A stretch of 64,000 nt of DNA from an uncultured virus (IMG/VR IMGVR_UViG_3300030380_002570). Lineage: Duplodnaviria; Heunggongvirae; Uroviricota; Caudoviricetes. The stretch lies in IMG/VR virus record IMGVR_UViG_3300030380_002570; one strand, given 5' to 3'. The notes beneath the pieces were generated by a model. It did not search any database, had not been told where the DNA came from, and worked only from the letters and a program-made list of their open reading frames with translations. The position numbers and the translations under genes are program-made. Within the stretch, counting starts at the first letter, position 1. Each line of letters begins with the position of its first letter. Positions 25,550 to 35,600 of this stretch are shown here, one piece after another.

Positions 25550-25895
25550 TTGCCCCCCTCAGTTTTGATACAGCATCTCTAGCAGCCTTCGTCCGTCTCA
25601 CACCAAGGTCTGCCTTCGCTACCGCATAACTAATTTCTACGAAGTCCTCTTTCAATAGTCCCGCTTCTTCCCACAGATCAAACTGATCGATGTTGATCAG
25701 CCATCTAAATGCCTGCGCTCTGATCTCCTCATCCTTATCCGCCATGTCCAACAGCGTTTGCTCCAGTACTGACTGGGCTAAGTTACGCATCGATCTGCTC
25801 AACCAAGATCTCTGACCGAGGGTTCTCTTTGTCGAGGCCGTGGAAGATGTGCTTCTCTTTGACCTGTCTGTCATTGGTGTAAGCGTGACCCTCAA
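25518..25895 (-). CDS. Hypothetical protein
   Basis: In the replication operon; true start probably near 25790 (MRNLAQ). Confidence 0.55.
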   Translation of the reverse strand: MRVTLTPMTDRSKRSTSSTASTKRTLGQRSWLSRSMRNLAQSVLEQTLLDMADKDEEIRAQAFRWLINIDQFDLWEEAGLLKEDFVEISYAVAKADLGVRRTKAARDAVSKLRGAIERSIVERSQ

Positions 25896-26187
25896 GACAA
25901 TCCAAGATCACAGACTCATCTAGGTCTGGTCTTCGCGTCTTGTAATAGATGGTCATGGTCACACGCACGTCTCCATCGAGCAGCGCCTCTAGTGTTGGGC
26001 ACTGCTTCTCAAACTCAGCGACATAGTCACGAGCCTTCTGACTCTTGATGAATCTTGGCCTCCCACCAAACGTCACAAGCTTCCTGCTGTTAGCCTTGCT
26101 TGCAGGTTCGCCGTAGATCGTTGTGTGAAAGGTGTTGTTCTTCATGTCGATAGTCGTTATACTCTCACCCCTGAAGGAGGAAAGCAA
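25783..26187 (-). CDS. rusA: RusA-like Holliday junction resolvase
   Basis: P-x-S-K-x-N, RPDLD...ILD-x-L...ND-x-QV motifs; start may be 26145. Confidence 0.8.
   Translation of the reverse strand: MLSSFRGESITTIDMKNNTFHTTIYGEPASKANSRKLVTFGGRPRFIKSQKARDYVAEFEKQCPTLEALLDGDVRVTMTIYYKTRRPDLDESVILDCLEGHAYTNDRQVKEKHIFHGLDKENPRSEILVEQIDA
26135..26163 (+). promoter_or_regulatory. Putative sigma70 promoter of the recombination operon
   Basis: TTGTTC-17 nt-TATACT just upstream of RBS aaggagg and ATG 26187. Confidence 0.55.
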
Positions 26188-26480
26188 TGAGTAAAATAAC
26201 TGATTGGATTTTGGAGCAAGAGGCGAACGGAGAGATCGTCTTTAATGAAAAGGAAAACCTTTATGAGCCTAGAAATAAAGCGCGATGTGAGCATGGATGT
26301 ACCTTCCCCCGGACAGCGAATGGCAACAATACCATTCGATCAGATGTTTCTGAAGGACGCGGTGGATATTCCCGTTACAGCAGACGAGGTAGTCAGACGT
26401 TTGAGCGCCGTAAGAAGCGCCTACAGGCGTTGGCAAGATCGATCTGGGGCAGGAAACGAGAGGGAATTCTACATTGGTAA
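26187..26480 (+). CDS. Hypothetical protein
   Basis: Strong RBS aaggagg; largely overlaps the next ORF. Confidence 0.45.
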   Translation: MSKITDWILEQEANGEIVFNEKENLYEPRNKARCEHGCTFPRTANGNNTIRSDVSEGRGGYSRYSRRGSQTFERRKKRLQALARSIWGRKREGILHW

Positions 26481-26598
26481 GCACCAGCAAGGTGATCAAT
26501 TGAGTATTCGCGTGTACTGCAAGAAGGGGCCAGAGAGAAATGAAAGTTACCAACAATCACAACCTGCCGCCGACCATCGTTTCGGCACTGAGTCGTGA
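26245..26598 (+). CDS. Hypothetical, possible small DNA-binding protein
   Basis: P-F-x-x-M...IRV pattern seen in small phage DNA-binding proteins; start may be 26263. Confidence 0.5.
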   Translation: MKRKTFMSLEIKRDVSMDVPSPGQRMATIPFDQMFLKDAVDIPVTADEVVRRLSAVRSAYRRWQDRSGAGNEREFYIGKHQQGDQLSIRVYCKKGPERNESYQQSQPAADHRFGTES

Positions 26599-27406
26599 TG
26601 ACTACACCCGTGGTAAAAGCCATCGGTCTGTAACTCAGCTAATCGACTCGCCACAGGTACGCATCCTGAGAGAGCGTCACTGGGACAGTCTTACCGAGGA
26701 TGTCAGCGAAAAGATGTGGTCTGTGTTGGGCACTGCGGTACACAAAGTGTTCGAGGATCACACCGAGGGCGATGTCATCAGCGAGGAGAGACTGTTCGTT
26801 GAGCTAGATGACTGGGTCATCAGTGGTGCCATCGATCTGCAAGATGCGCGAGGCATCGTGGACTACAAATGCACCAGTGTGTGGTCGGTCATCCATGACA
26901 AGATCGAGTGGGAACTTCAGCTTAACGCATACGCTTGGCTGATGCGCCATGCCAAGAACGTCAACCCGCAAGAGCTACGCATCGTGGCAGTCATGCGGGA
27001 TTGGAATCGCAGGCAAGCAGAAAGTGATGCCGGTTATCCACAGGCACCTATCGCTGAGTTGTCCATCACCCGATGGTCAGACAGTGATCAGGATACATAC
27101 ATGGAAGGACGCATTGCTCTGCATCAATTCGCAGAGTTCCGAAGCTTTAGTGATGAGTCATTACCTCCATGCACAGACGCTGAACGCTGGACACGTCCAA
27201 CAACCTACGCCGCCAAGAAGACAACGAGCAAACGTGCGCTCAAGGTGTTTGATTCGATGGAAGAAGCCGAGTCTTTTCTTGTGCAGCGTGGTCACGGCGA
27301 CAGCAAGTGGCACTCGGTAGAGGTGCGTCACGGAGCGCATGTGAGGTGTGATCAGAACTGGTGCCGTGTTGCTGAGTTCTGTGATCAGTATAAGGAGAGC
27401 GCATGA
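26540..27406 (+). CDS. PD-(D/E)XK exonuclease (Cas4/RecB-like)
   Basis: S-x-T-x-L, GTAVH, E-x-R, GAID, DYK, QLNAY and C-terminal Cys cluster. Confidence 0.85.
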   Translation: MKVTNNHNLPPTIVSALSRDDYTRGKSHRSVTQLIDSPQVRILRERHWDSLTEDVSEKMWSVLGTAVHKVFEDHTEGDVISEERLFVELDDWVISGAIDLQDARGIVDYKCTSVWSVIHDKIEWELQLNAYAWLMRHAKNVNPQELRIVAVMRDWNRRQAESDAGYPQAPIAELSITRWSDSDQDTYMEGRIALHQFAEFRSFSDESLPPCTDAERWTRPTTYAAKKTTSKRALKVFDSMEEAESFLVQRGHGDSKWHSVEVRHGAHVRCDQNWCRVAEFCDQYKESA

Positions 27407-27684
27407 TAGAAATGGATAAGAAGGTGTACGAAAAGATGGTAGCCATCTGGAGCATCACCCGAATCCCTAGTTTGAAGATGAGTCCAACCGCAGGAGAGGT
27501 GCATTTCAGTTGGGCGAAAGGACGAATCGATGAGATTCCGTTCAAGGTGTTCGATGAACTGGCACCGATTGAGGTTGTAACGTTAATAGAAAAAAAGATG
27601 GAGAAAAACTATGGCATCAACGCCAAGCAATACAGAGCCGACCTTTCAGGATATCTGGCAGACCCTTTCAGCAGTCAACGTTGA
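27403..27684 (+). CDS. Hypothetical protein
   Basis: ATGA coupling; RBS aggaga. Confidence 0.55.
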   Translation: MIEMDKKVYEKMVAIWSITRIPSLKMSPTAGEVHFSWAKGRIDEIPFKVFDELAPIEVVTLIEKKMEKNYGINAKQYRADLSGYLADPFSSQR

Positions 27685-28303
27685 GTCTTTCGTAGAGACT
27701 AAGATGGGCCTGCGCTACCTGTCATGGGCGCACGGGTGGATGACCCTGATGGATCATTACCCGAACGCAATCATGGACTTTCCTCACAACGAAGTGCATG
27801 AAGACGGCAGTGTCACAGTGCATTGCTCAATCGTGATCGGCACGTTGGCTCGACACATGTGGTTGCCAGTCATGAACAACAAGAACCAAGCCATCGTCAG
27901 GCCCAACGCACGGGATATCTCGGACGCTAAGATGCGATGCCTAGTGAAGTGCATGGCGTTATTCGGTCTAGGCATGTACGTCTACGCTGGAGAGGATCTG
28001 CCTCAAGCAGAGCAGCCTGTTGCTGAAGTCAAAGGCAAGCCAGCAAAGAAGCCTGAACCGAAGAAGACCGAACCCGACGAGGACGGTATCGACTATAGCG
28101 AAGAGGCTCATGCCCAAGCGTTCTTAAAGATTTGGAGCGACTGGCTACCTGAACATTCTGATGTGGCGGGTCTGTACCGTAACAACAAAGGTACGATCAC
28201 CACTATTCAGAACCATCACCCTGCGATCTACGAAGAGATTAAGCAGGCTTACCAACGGCGCAAGGCTGAGATAGCTGACGCCAAACAAGAAGGAGAAGGC
28301 TAA
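27611..28303 (+). CDS. Sak/Rad52-like ssDNA-annealing protein (DUF1071)
   Basis: YLSWA, WLPVM-x-x-KN, MRCLVK...FGLG-x-Y-x-YAGEDLP. Confidence 0.85.
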   Translation: MASTPSNTEPTFQDIWQTLSAVNVESFVETKMGLRYLSWAHGWMTLMDHYPNAIMDFPHNEVHEDGSVTVHCSIVIGTLARHMWLPVMNNKNQAIVRPNARDISDAKMRCLVKCMALFGLGMYVYAGEDLPQAEQPVAEVKGKPAKKPEPKKTEPDEDGIDYSEEAHAQAFLKIWSDWLPEHSDVAGLYRNNKGTITTIQNHHPAIYEEIKQAYQRRKAEIADAKQEGEG

Positions 28304-28635
28304 TGCCTGATTATTCACTCGCTGAGAAAAGCAAAGGAACCCTCTATAACGAGGGTGCCAAGCGCACGTCCGATAAGTCTCCGCACTTCAGAGGGAAGGT
28401 TGTAATCACCCGCGAACAGGCGAAACATATTGCAGCGCACTTTAAGGGAGACCCAAACCTAGAGTCCGTGGACTTCCGCCTCGCGGCTTGGAAGAACCAA
28501 GGAGACAGCGGGGTTTACCTCAGTCTTAACGGGGAAACCATGCCGCCTGACGGCGCACACGCAGCACCACCGCCTGCGCCTAAACCAGTAGCACAGGACA
28601 ACTTCGATGATTTCGAGGATGACATCCCTTTCTAG
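28303..28635 (+). CDS. Putative ssDNA-binding protein
   Basis: P-x-F-x-G...AW...YLS pattern and acidic DDIPF tail. Confidence 0.7.
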   Translation: MPDYSLAEKSKGTLYNEGAKRTSDKSPHFRGKVVITREQAKHIAAHFKGDPNLESVDFRLAAWKNQGDSGVYLSLNGETMPPDGAHAAPPPAPKPVAQDNFDDFEDDIPF

Positions 28636-28673
28636 ACTCGTCTCAGGGACACTTCGGGACTGAGGCGTACAAG

Positions 28674-29015
28674 TTGCACCGAAGGGAATCGCCAACAACC
28701 AGTGCTGACGCAGCTAGCGAGATCAACACCACGTTCCTTGAGGAGATGGTGTTCAGTGTGATCGAGAGCCACGGCGGTGCCGGATGTATCAGTGACGATG
28801 TGAGGGCAGCCCTATCCGGGCTGTCCTATTCGTCAGTGACGGCACGATACAAGGCGTTAGCAGAGAAGGGGATGATCATATACCCCGGAAGTAAACGTAA
28901 AGGAGAGAGCGGCAGAAGCCAACGAGTGATGATTGCTCGGACGATGGTGCCGCATAGTAAAAGGAAGCTATACAGTGGAAAACTTGAAGAAGGAAAAGGC
29001 CGCGAAGCGCGGTAA
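28674..29015 (+). CDS. Putative winged-helix DNA-binding protein
   Basis: R-x-x-x-P-x-TS-x-x-AA, SSVTAR...L...G...R...SGR-x-Q pattern; TTG start. Confidence 0.55.
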   Translation: MHRRESPTTSADAASEINTTFLEEMVFSVIESHGGAGCISDDVRAALSGLSYSSVTARYKALAEKGMIIYPGSKRKGESGRSQRVMIARTMVPHSKRKLYSGKLEEGKGREAR

Positions 29016-29487
29016 GAAAGTTAGCAGGGAAGTCGTTAATCACTTGGAGTCGATGGTTGGATCAAGCGTGTCTGACTGGGGAATGTCTAGGACAGCAGCG
29101 ATCAATGAACTGTCCCAGCATGTGGGAGTGTCGTTTAACTCGCTAAAGAAGGTGCTGGAAAATGATCGTCATCGTGTCTTTTCAAAGACGTATGAACGCA
29201 TCGTTGATTGGTACAAGAGGGATACGGACGTATCGTCGGACATACTAGAGGTGTCGCCTCACGACATAGCAAACAGCCCCACACACTACACCGACAGCGG
29301 TATCGAATGTATCGATGCTATGGTCGCAGTGTTTGGCGAGCAGCGCGTCAGGGAGTATGCAGAGATCTCTGCGTTCAAGTACAAGTGGAGGGCTGGCAAG
29401 AAGGGCAATGAGGCAGACGCCTTGCTGGATAAGGCCAAGGACATCTGGTACACCCGCTACTCAATGGGCGACGATCCACGGAAATGA
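28933..29487 (+). CDS. DUF3310-domain protein
   Basis: NSPTHY...IECIDAM...KY-x-WRAG-x-K...KA-x-x-x-WY. Confidence 0.75.
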   Translation: MLGRWCRIVKGSYTVENLKKEKAAKRGKKVSREVVNHLESMVGSSVSDWGMSRTAAINELSQHVGVSFNSLKKVLENDRHRVFSKTYERIVDWYKRDTDVSSDILEVSPHDIANSPTHYTDSGIECIDAMVAVFGEQRVREYAEISAFKYKWRAGKKGNEADALLDKAKDIWYTRYSMGDDPRK

Positions 29488-29669
29488 AAACGTTAGCCGC
29501 CACACTGCTAGTGTTTGTTGCGATGTGCGCTCACGCGCACGTCCATCAGTGGGAGTTTGTAGGTAGTTACACTGGCGCGAGTGGAGACCAGATCTGTGTC
29601 TGGTCTTGCACTTTCTCAGGACAGGATCACACGATTCAAACAGTCGGCTGCTGGAATCCTAACGACTAG
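29484..29669 (+). CDS. Small secreted Cys-containing protein
   Basis: Signal-peptide-like N-terminus (AHA); coupled. Confidence 0.5.
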   Translation: MKTLAATLLVFVAMCAHAHVHQWEFVGSYTGASGDQICVWSCTFSGQDHTIQTVGCWNPND

Positions 29670-29670
29670 G

Positions 29671-32600
29671 TCACCGCAGCCCAGATCCCACATCGAATGC
29701 AGGGATTTCTATCTGCTGCCGCATCATTGGCACAACCTCAAGGTATAGGCGCTTGCGTGTCTGCACCTCCCTGATCCTCTCTTGCTTCTCTTCGGGAGAG
29801 ATATCCATGCGGCGTATCGCCTGCTCTTCCTTTCTGAGACGCGACAAGCCACGCCTGATCTCTGCTTGCTCACGATACATCGGCAGCAGGTACTCTCTAC
29901 CAGCTATGTACCTCTCAGCCTGCTCTGGTCTGTCAACACGCAGCTTTCTGTACGTCTTGTACACTTCGTCCACATAGCCAGCCATGTCGTAGAACTCTTC
30001 GGTTCTCCCTGCGCCAAACTCTCTTGTAAAGAATCGTCGCAGCAATGGGCTGTCGTATATGGGTCGTGCCGGTAGAAGCTTGGTTTTGTCCCCAGTAAGA
30101 GTCTCAGATTTTAACGCCAAGTCAGACAGCGCAAGCACATAGCTACCAATCGTCCCGGTGTACCCCCTGATCAGATGATCCATCTTGATTGGGCTGAGAT
30201 CGAACGGTGCAAACTCTGACGCCAGCTTTGCGACTTCTGAGGTGCTGCTAAGAACCTGAGATTCTCCAGCTAAACCGCTCAAGTATTGAGGGACGATAGA
30301 TCTGCCGGTGAAGCTATTGTAGTTTGCTACTGTCTCAATCAACGGCGCAACTATCTGTGGCCCCGTCACAGGAACTTCCAATGTGCTAACAACAGCCCTT
30401 TGTAGTGACTCACGAGTCTGTCTGCCGGTTGTATCGCCAGTCATCTCGCGCATCATGCGTTCTGGCAGGGTCTTAAACAGCAAGCCAACTTCAAATGGGA
30501 TCGGATATTTCAATGCTGGAATGCCAAACGGCATTGGGATGATCCAGTTGTTGTCTCGCTCTTCTTCCGTTGCCTCTTGATAGTCCTCTGAATCACTCAC
30601 CAGCAGGTAGTACATTGCACTAGATGCAGCGAGAATTCCTGCTCTTGCGATGAACGAGCCTACCGCTTTGCGTCTGCTCAACTCTTTGTTCGAGCTTCTG
30701 ACTCCAGTCGCTGCATTCAACAGAAGATCCAGACCTTGCATCCTTGCATTCAGGAACGGCACCGCCGTAGTCAATAACCGCATCACGGGGTGTGAGCCAC
30801 GGCGACCAAAGTTCATTACCTCTAATGCTTGGAACTCTGCCTCTGCCCTGTCCCCTGTACGGGCCAGCACATCATCATGAACAGCCTTGCGGGTAGCAAA
30901 ATCTGACCTAGTTGTTATATCGCCTAGACCATCCCAGATTCCCATCAGAAGTTTTGTAGTAAGACCTCTGTCATCCTTGATCGCTCCCTGCTTTCGCAGT
31001 TGCGTAGTCATGAACTTGCCTATGTCAGCAGGATCTTTCGAGAAGTCATACCCGCCGACAACGCCAGACCGTTCAAGCTCTGACATGTCTTTCGCAAAAC
31101 CACGGAGAGTGTCTACGATTGGAACGAAGTCAGCGCCAGAAGTCTGATACGCCGACAGCGTATCTCGCATCATGTTAGCAGCAACAAACGGCGGTGCCCT
31201 TGTGACAGTTTCGCGCAAGATGTTTGCAGGAACACCGAAGATGGTGTTGAGGAGGTCGTAGCCAGCGCCACCCTCCATAGGTTGAAGGGACGTAAAGACT
31301 AGCGGATCGTCAATGACAAACTTCCTGTCTTTGCCTTGAACCCTGAAGGTAACAACGTTAAGACCCTTGCCTGACTTGCCCTTTGGCAGTTCGTAAGCGA
31401 GGCCGTAACGTACCATATTCCGTACCACTCGCTGCTGGGCCACGTTGTTCATGCCCATGCTGATTGCGGCAGCCATGTTGGTCGTGATCGCATCAAGCAA
31501 CGGTACGTTGAGCGCGGTATCAGTGCCTGTTATCCCCTTGAAGCTACCTGCTGTGGTCAGGCCGCCGAACATATTGGGTGCATTGGGCACATCCCTGCCC
31601 TCTGCTTGACGATAGAACGGAACGTAGTCTGACTGAGCAGCCCATATCTCTGCCATCTCAGCATCAAGAACGCCTGTGTCCCGCAGGAACTGGATGGTCT
31701 TAGCATTGTATGCCTGCCAAACCTCATACCAATCTTTGATCTCTGGGTGGTTTCGCTCTACATACTGGATGATTTGTAGTTGCTCTTCTGGAGTGCCGGG
31801 AGAATCTATCCCTCGCTTACGCAGCCCCTCTGCCCGTCTTGCAATGGCGTAAGCTTGGGCATCTTTCTCCAGCGAACCCTTGTCGTTGAACAGCAGACCC
31901 ATGACACCCGCCAGTCCCCTGAACTGCACGGTCTCTCCGGGCCTGCTTGAGTCTGCTGAGAAGGTGTGGCTGAAGTCCTCTACCGTGGTACGCCCATCTT
32001 TGTACACGGCGTTACCGTACTTGATCGCAGCACCAGCGATAGCATTAGATCTGTCGGCTGCCATCAGCGCAGGCAGGGCAGCAGAGCTTGCCATGACATC
32101 TCTATCAAGCGTCTTTTCAAGCGCCTCAAACTGTGCGTACCGGAATACCGTTCCTTGCTTCAAGGCAGTAATGAAGTTGCGTATTGGCCCACGCTCAAGA
32201 ACGTTTAGGTATGTCTCGCCGGGAGTGATGTTAGCTGGGTTGGCAACCAGCTTGTCCATTGTCCTCTGCACATCGCCGGGTCTCTCTGGCTCGTTGCCAC
32301 GAGAGAACATGATCTGCTGCTCACGAGATAGCTTCTGCCCCTTATCTGGATCAGCAGCGACAGCCTGTGCGTATGGATCTGCGCTTGGGTTTATCTTTGG
32401 AGCGTAGCCAGAGGCGAAGTCTCTCGCCTTCTCTGCGTTGGCCTCGACGGTAGCCTTTACCTGTCCGTCAGGTATGCGCTTGCGAGCTAGACCTGTATCT
32501 GCTCTGGAAGCTCCGCTTCTTCTTCGGCTGAAAGCTGGCCCTCCAGCTTCTGGTCTGGATACGCTAGCGTAAGATACGTTGTCCTCGTAAGTGGGAGGTT

Positions 32601-35600
32601 GCTCGCCTTCAGATACTGCATCACGGGGTCTATCGGCCCAGTCTGGGTTGGGGATTTGTCCTGCTGACGCATGTAGTAGTACCTCTTGCCTAGCTTTATC
32701 TAAGTCTATCAGTCGTTTGTTGTATTGTCGCCATACGTTATCCACAAACTTAACGTTGTCTTCGTTGTTCTTGTAGCTTGGGCTGAACACCCCACGGACA
32801 GCTTCCCACGTGATCGACTGCATCTCTCTGGCTAATACGCCACGCTCCGCTGCCGCCCTGCGATACGCCTCTTCAAACAGGGAGTAGGTGCCATTGATCC
32901 CGGTAACCTTAGAGCTTGACGCTCCAGTCTTACCTACCACACCACCACCGAAGTTGTGCATGACAGGCTCCGACTTGCCGCTCAAGGGCTGCAACAGACC
33001 TGCCGCTACAGCGTGGGTATCAATCGTGACAAAACCAAGATCCGACTGTGGATCGAAGATGTTGTTGTAGAAATTACGAACCTTGTTCTGGGTGCCCAAG
33101 GATGAGGAGATAACGTCGATGTCGTTTGACCTCAGAGCAATGATCGCCTTGGCGATCTCGTTCATAGACCCCCAGCCAGCGCCTGCGTCTTCGCCCTTGA
33201 CCGTCTTGACGTAGTCCATGATCGTGCCGTCAGGAGATATGATCCTGTGGGCACGGCTGTTGTATGTCTCGTCATACGTCCTGATGTAATACGCAAGCTG
33301 CAAGTTAACCTTGTCTGGATCGCCAGCAAGGATCTCGTTAATGGTCTTGCCATCTATCTCTGGCAGGATCTTGGACGATATAGCCTTGGACTTAGCGGAC
33401 GCATCCTTCTTGAGATACAGACGCTTTGCAGTGTCCATCATCTCACCGTTGAACGGGGTGTCTGCCTGCTCGAAGAATATGTCTGCGGTGCGCTCACCCA
33501 AAGACGCATTCATGTACCAGTCTTTCTGGGGTGACAGGTTAGCTAGCACGGCGGAAGCCTGCTCCAAGCTTATGTTGTGCTTGCTTGCCATTCGCTGGGC
33601 TAGCTTGTTTGCGCCCTCATACCAGAGCTTGGATGTCTCCCTGATAGATGGATCAACCATGTCGTAGATGTACAGCAGATTATCCTTCACTGCCTCGACA
33701 AAGCTTTCTGCCTTCTGCTCATCGGTTCTAAGAGCGCGATCCTTCCGCAGGATTGGGTATATGCTGGCGTCCTTGATCAGTGCCATGTTCTTTGTGAACA
33801 CTGGCTTGTCGCCTGTGAACGCCTGATAGTCGTTGACTAGCAGATCATCTAGCGGATCTTCTGTTCTTCGCACAGCAGTTGGGAATCGTGTGCTTACCTG
33901 ACCCTTCGCTTTGCGAGAGAACACTGGCCCTGTGTAGTCCCTGTCCTTGAGAACGGGCTTCGTATCGAACATAGGGATGCCGTCTTCCGTAAACCCATAC
34001 AAGTCAAACGGTATGGTCTTAGGAAACTTTAGTTGAAGGCTCTCAAGCGCCGCTGCTTTTTCATCAGGATCGTAGACCGAACTCCTACTGACAATACCTA
34101 CAAAACCCCCATCATCTTCTTTGTACAGGGCGCTCGGTCTTGCGTCTGACTCACCAAATCTCAACTCACCAGCCCCACCTCCTACAGATGTCAGGGTCAC
34201 TGGCATCAGCGTGTCGCCATAGCCCTGCGAGGCATAGTATCTGGCTCGATGTCTGCCCTCGTGCCCAGTAATGCTGGCAGCGCCACGCTCATTGGCGGTG
34301 AACTGTAGGAAGTTTGGTTGAAACTTCTGCCCCGCAGCAGCCATTGCATCAACGCGCTCAGTTTTAGATCGGTCTACGCCTGTAGCTGCAAGCTTTAGAA
34401 ACTCATTCGGGGTCATCATGGTCACAGTTGATCGTGACGATGGGTCTACAGCGTCCCTGAACTGGTAGTCAACCCTCTCTGGGTCTAAGAACTGCTGCGT
34501 TATTGGCGACGAATCCATCAACTCTCTGACCTGTGAGGTCTTGATGTCGCGCCCTCTTGAGAAGACAGGCTGTTCAATGAAGTCAGCCATCCTTGGGCCG
34601 CCTTGCTTACCAACCCTCGACGGATCATCTTCAGCGCCTGCTGTAGGCAGAACCTGACTAGGTGCAGTGGCAGATACCCCAGCTTCTCGCTCGGTAAATT
34701 GGAGCGTGCGGACTTCATCTCTTGGCCTAGATCCAACTCGACCAGATGAGATGTCATCGATGATGCCCTCAAATGATCTGAATCCAGAGCCATCAAGAGC
34801 ATTCTTCATTGCTGACATAAAGCGTGTAGCTCGACGCAGCAGGTTAGCAGGCTTGCCTGACACCAAGCTTGGGTTTGCCCGCTGATCCCGCACCATCTCA
34901 GCGACAGCTTCTTCCATCTGCTGAACTGGATTAAGCTGAGGATACCCTTTAGCAGCCCACTCGGTATATGTTTGGTTGCCTTTCTTCAGCACCCCGGCCC
35001 TGCCACTAAGGATCTTCCATTCGCTCTTTGTGAACAGATCCATCGTCCGCATGGCATGAATCATCTCGTGATTCAGGACATCAGCTAGCCGAGCTTCTAT
35101 CTGCTGATCCGTAAGCGCGGGATCATTAGCCACTGCATCAATAGACAAGAAGATCTGATTCATTTCAGGGAGGTAGTACCCTTCTGTAACCTGATCCTCT
35201 TGAGCATCAGGATCTACAACGTCATCCCTGACGAACCGCTGCGAACCCATAGTCCCGCCTACAACAAGCTCTGGATCTACCTGTTCGCCCTTTCTTCTTT
35301 TCCTGATGCCATATACTAGGTTGCCGCCTGCGTCCCTTAGAACGTTCCTGAGGGCGTGTGAGACGTTTACTGGCACATCCCCTACGTTCATGCCCTGCAT
35401 CTGCTTGGCTAACGCAGACTCGAACTGCTGAATCTCTATGTCTTGACGCTGATCTATGGATGGGCCTTCCAGCAACAGAGGCTCTTGCTCTGTCTTGGTA
35501 ATGCCCTGCGCCTTTGCGTCTTCGAGCAGGCTATCGAGTGCAGTAGGAGACACATCTCCGTCAATCTGAAAGTCACCGATAGCTTCGGCTAACTGCGCTG

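Noticed and set aside
26540..27406. Cas4 as part of a CRISPR system
   Set aside because: Context (Sak, SSB, RusA) indicates an ordinary phage recombination exonuclease.
34518..34802. Other same-strand alternative-frame ORFs in the giant gene (34518-34802, 33162-33353)
   Set aside because: No convincing Shine-Dalgarno and non-protein-like composition, unlike 32487-32672.
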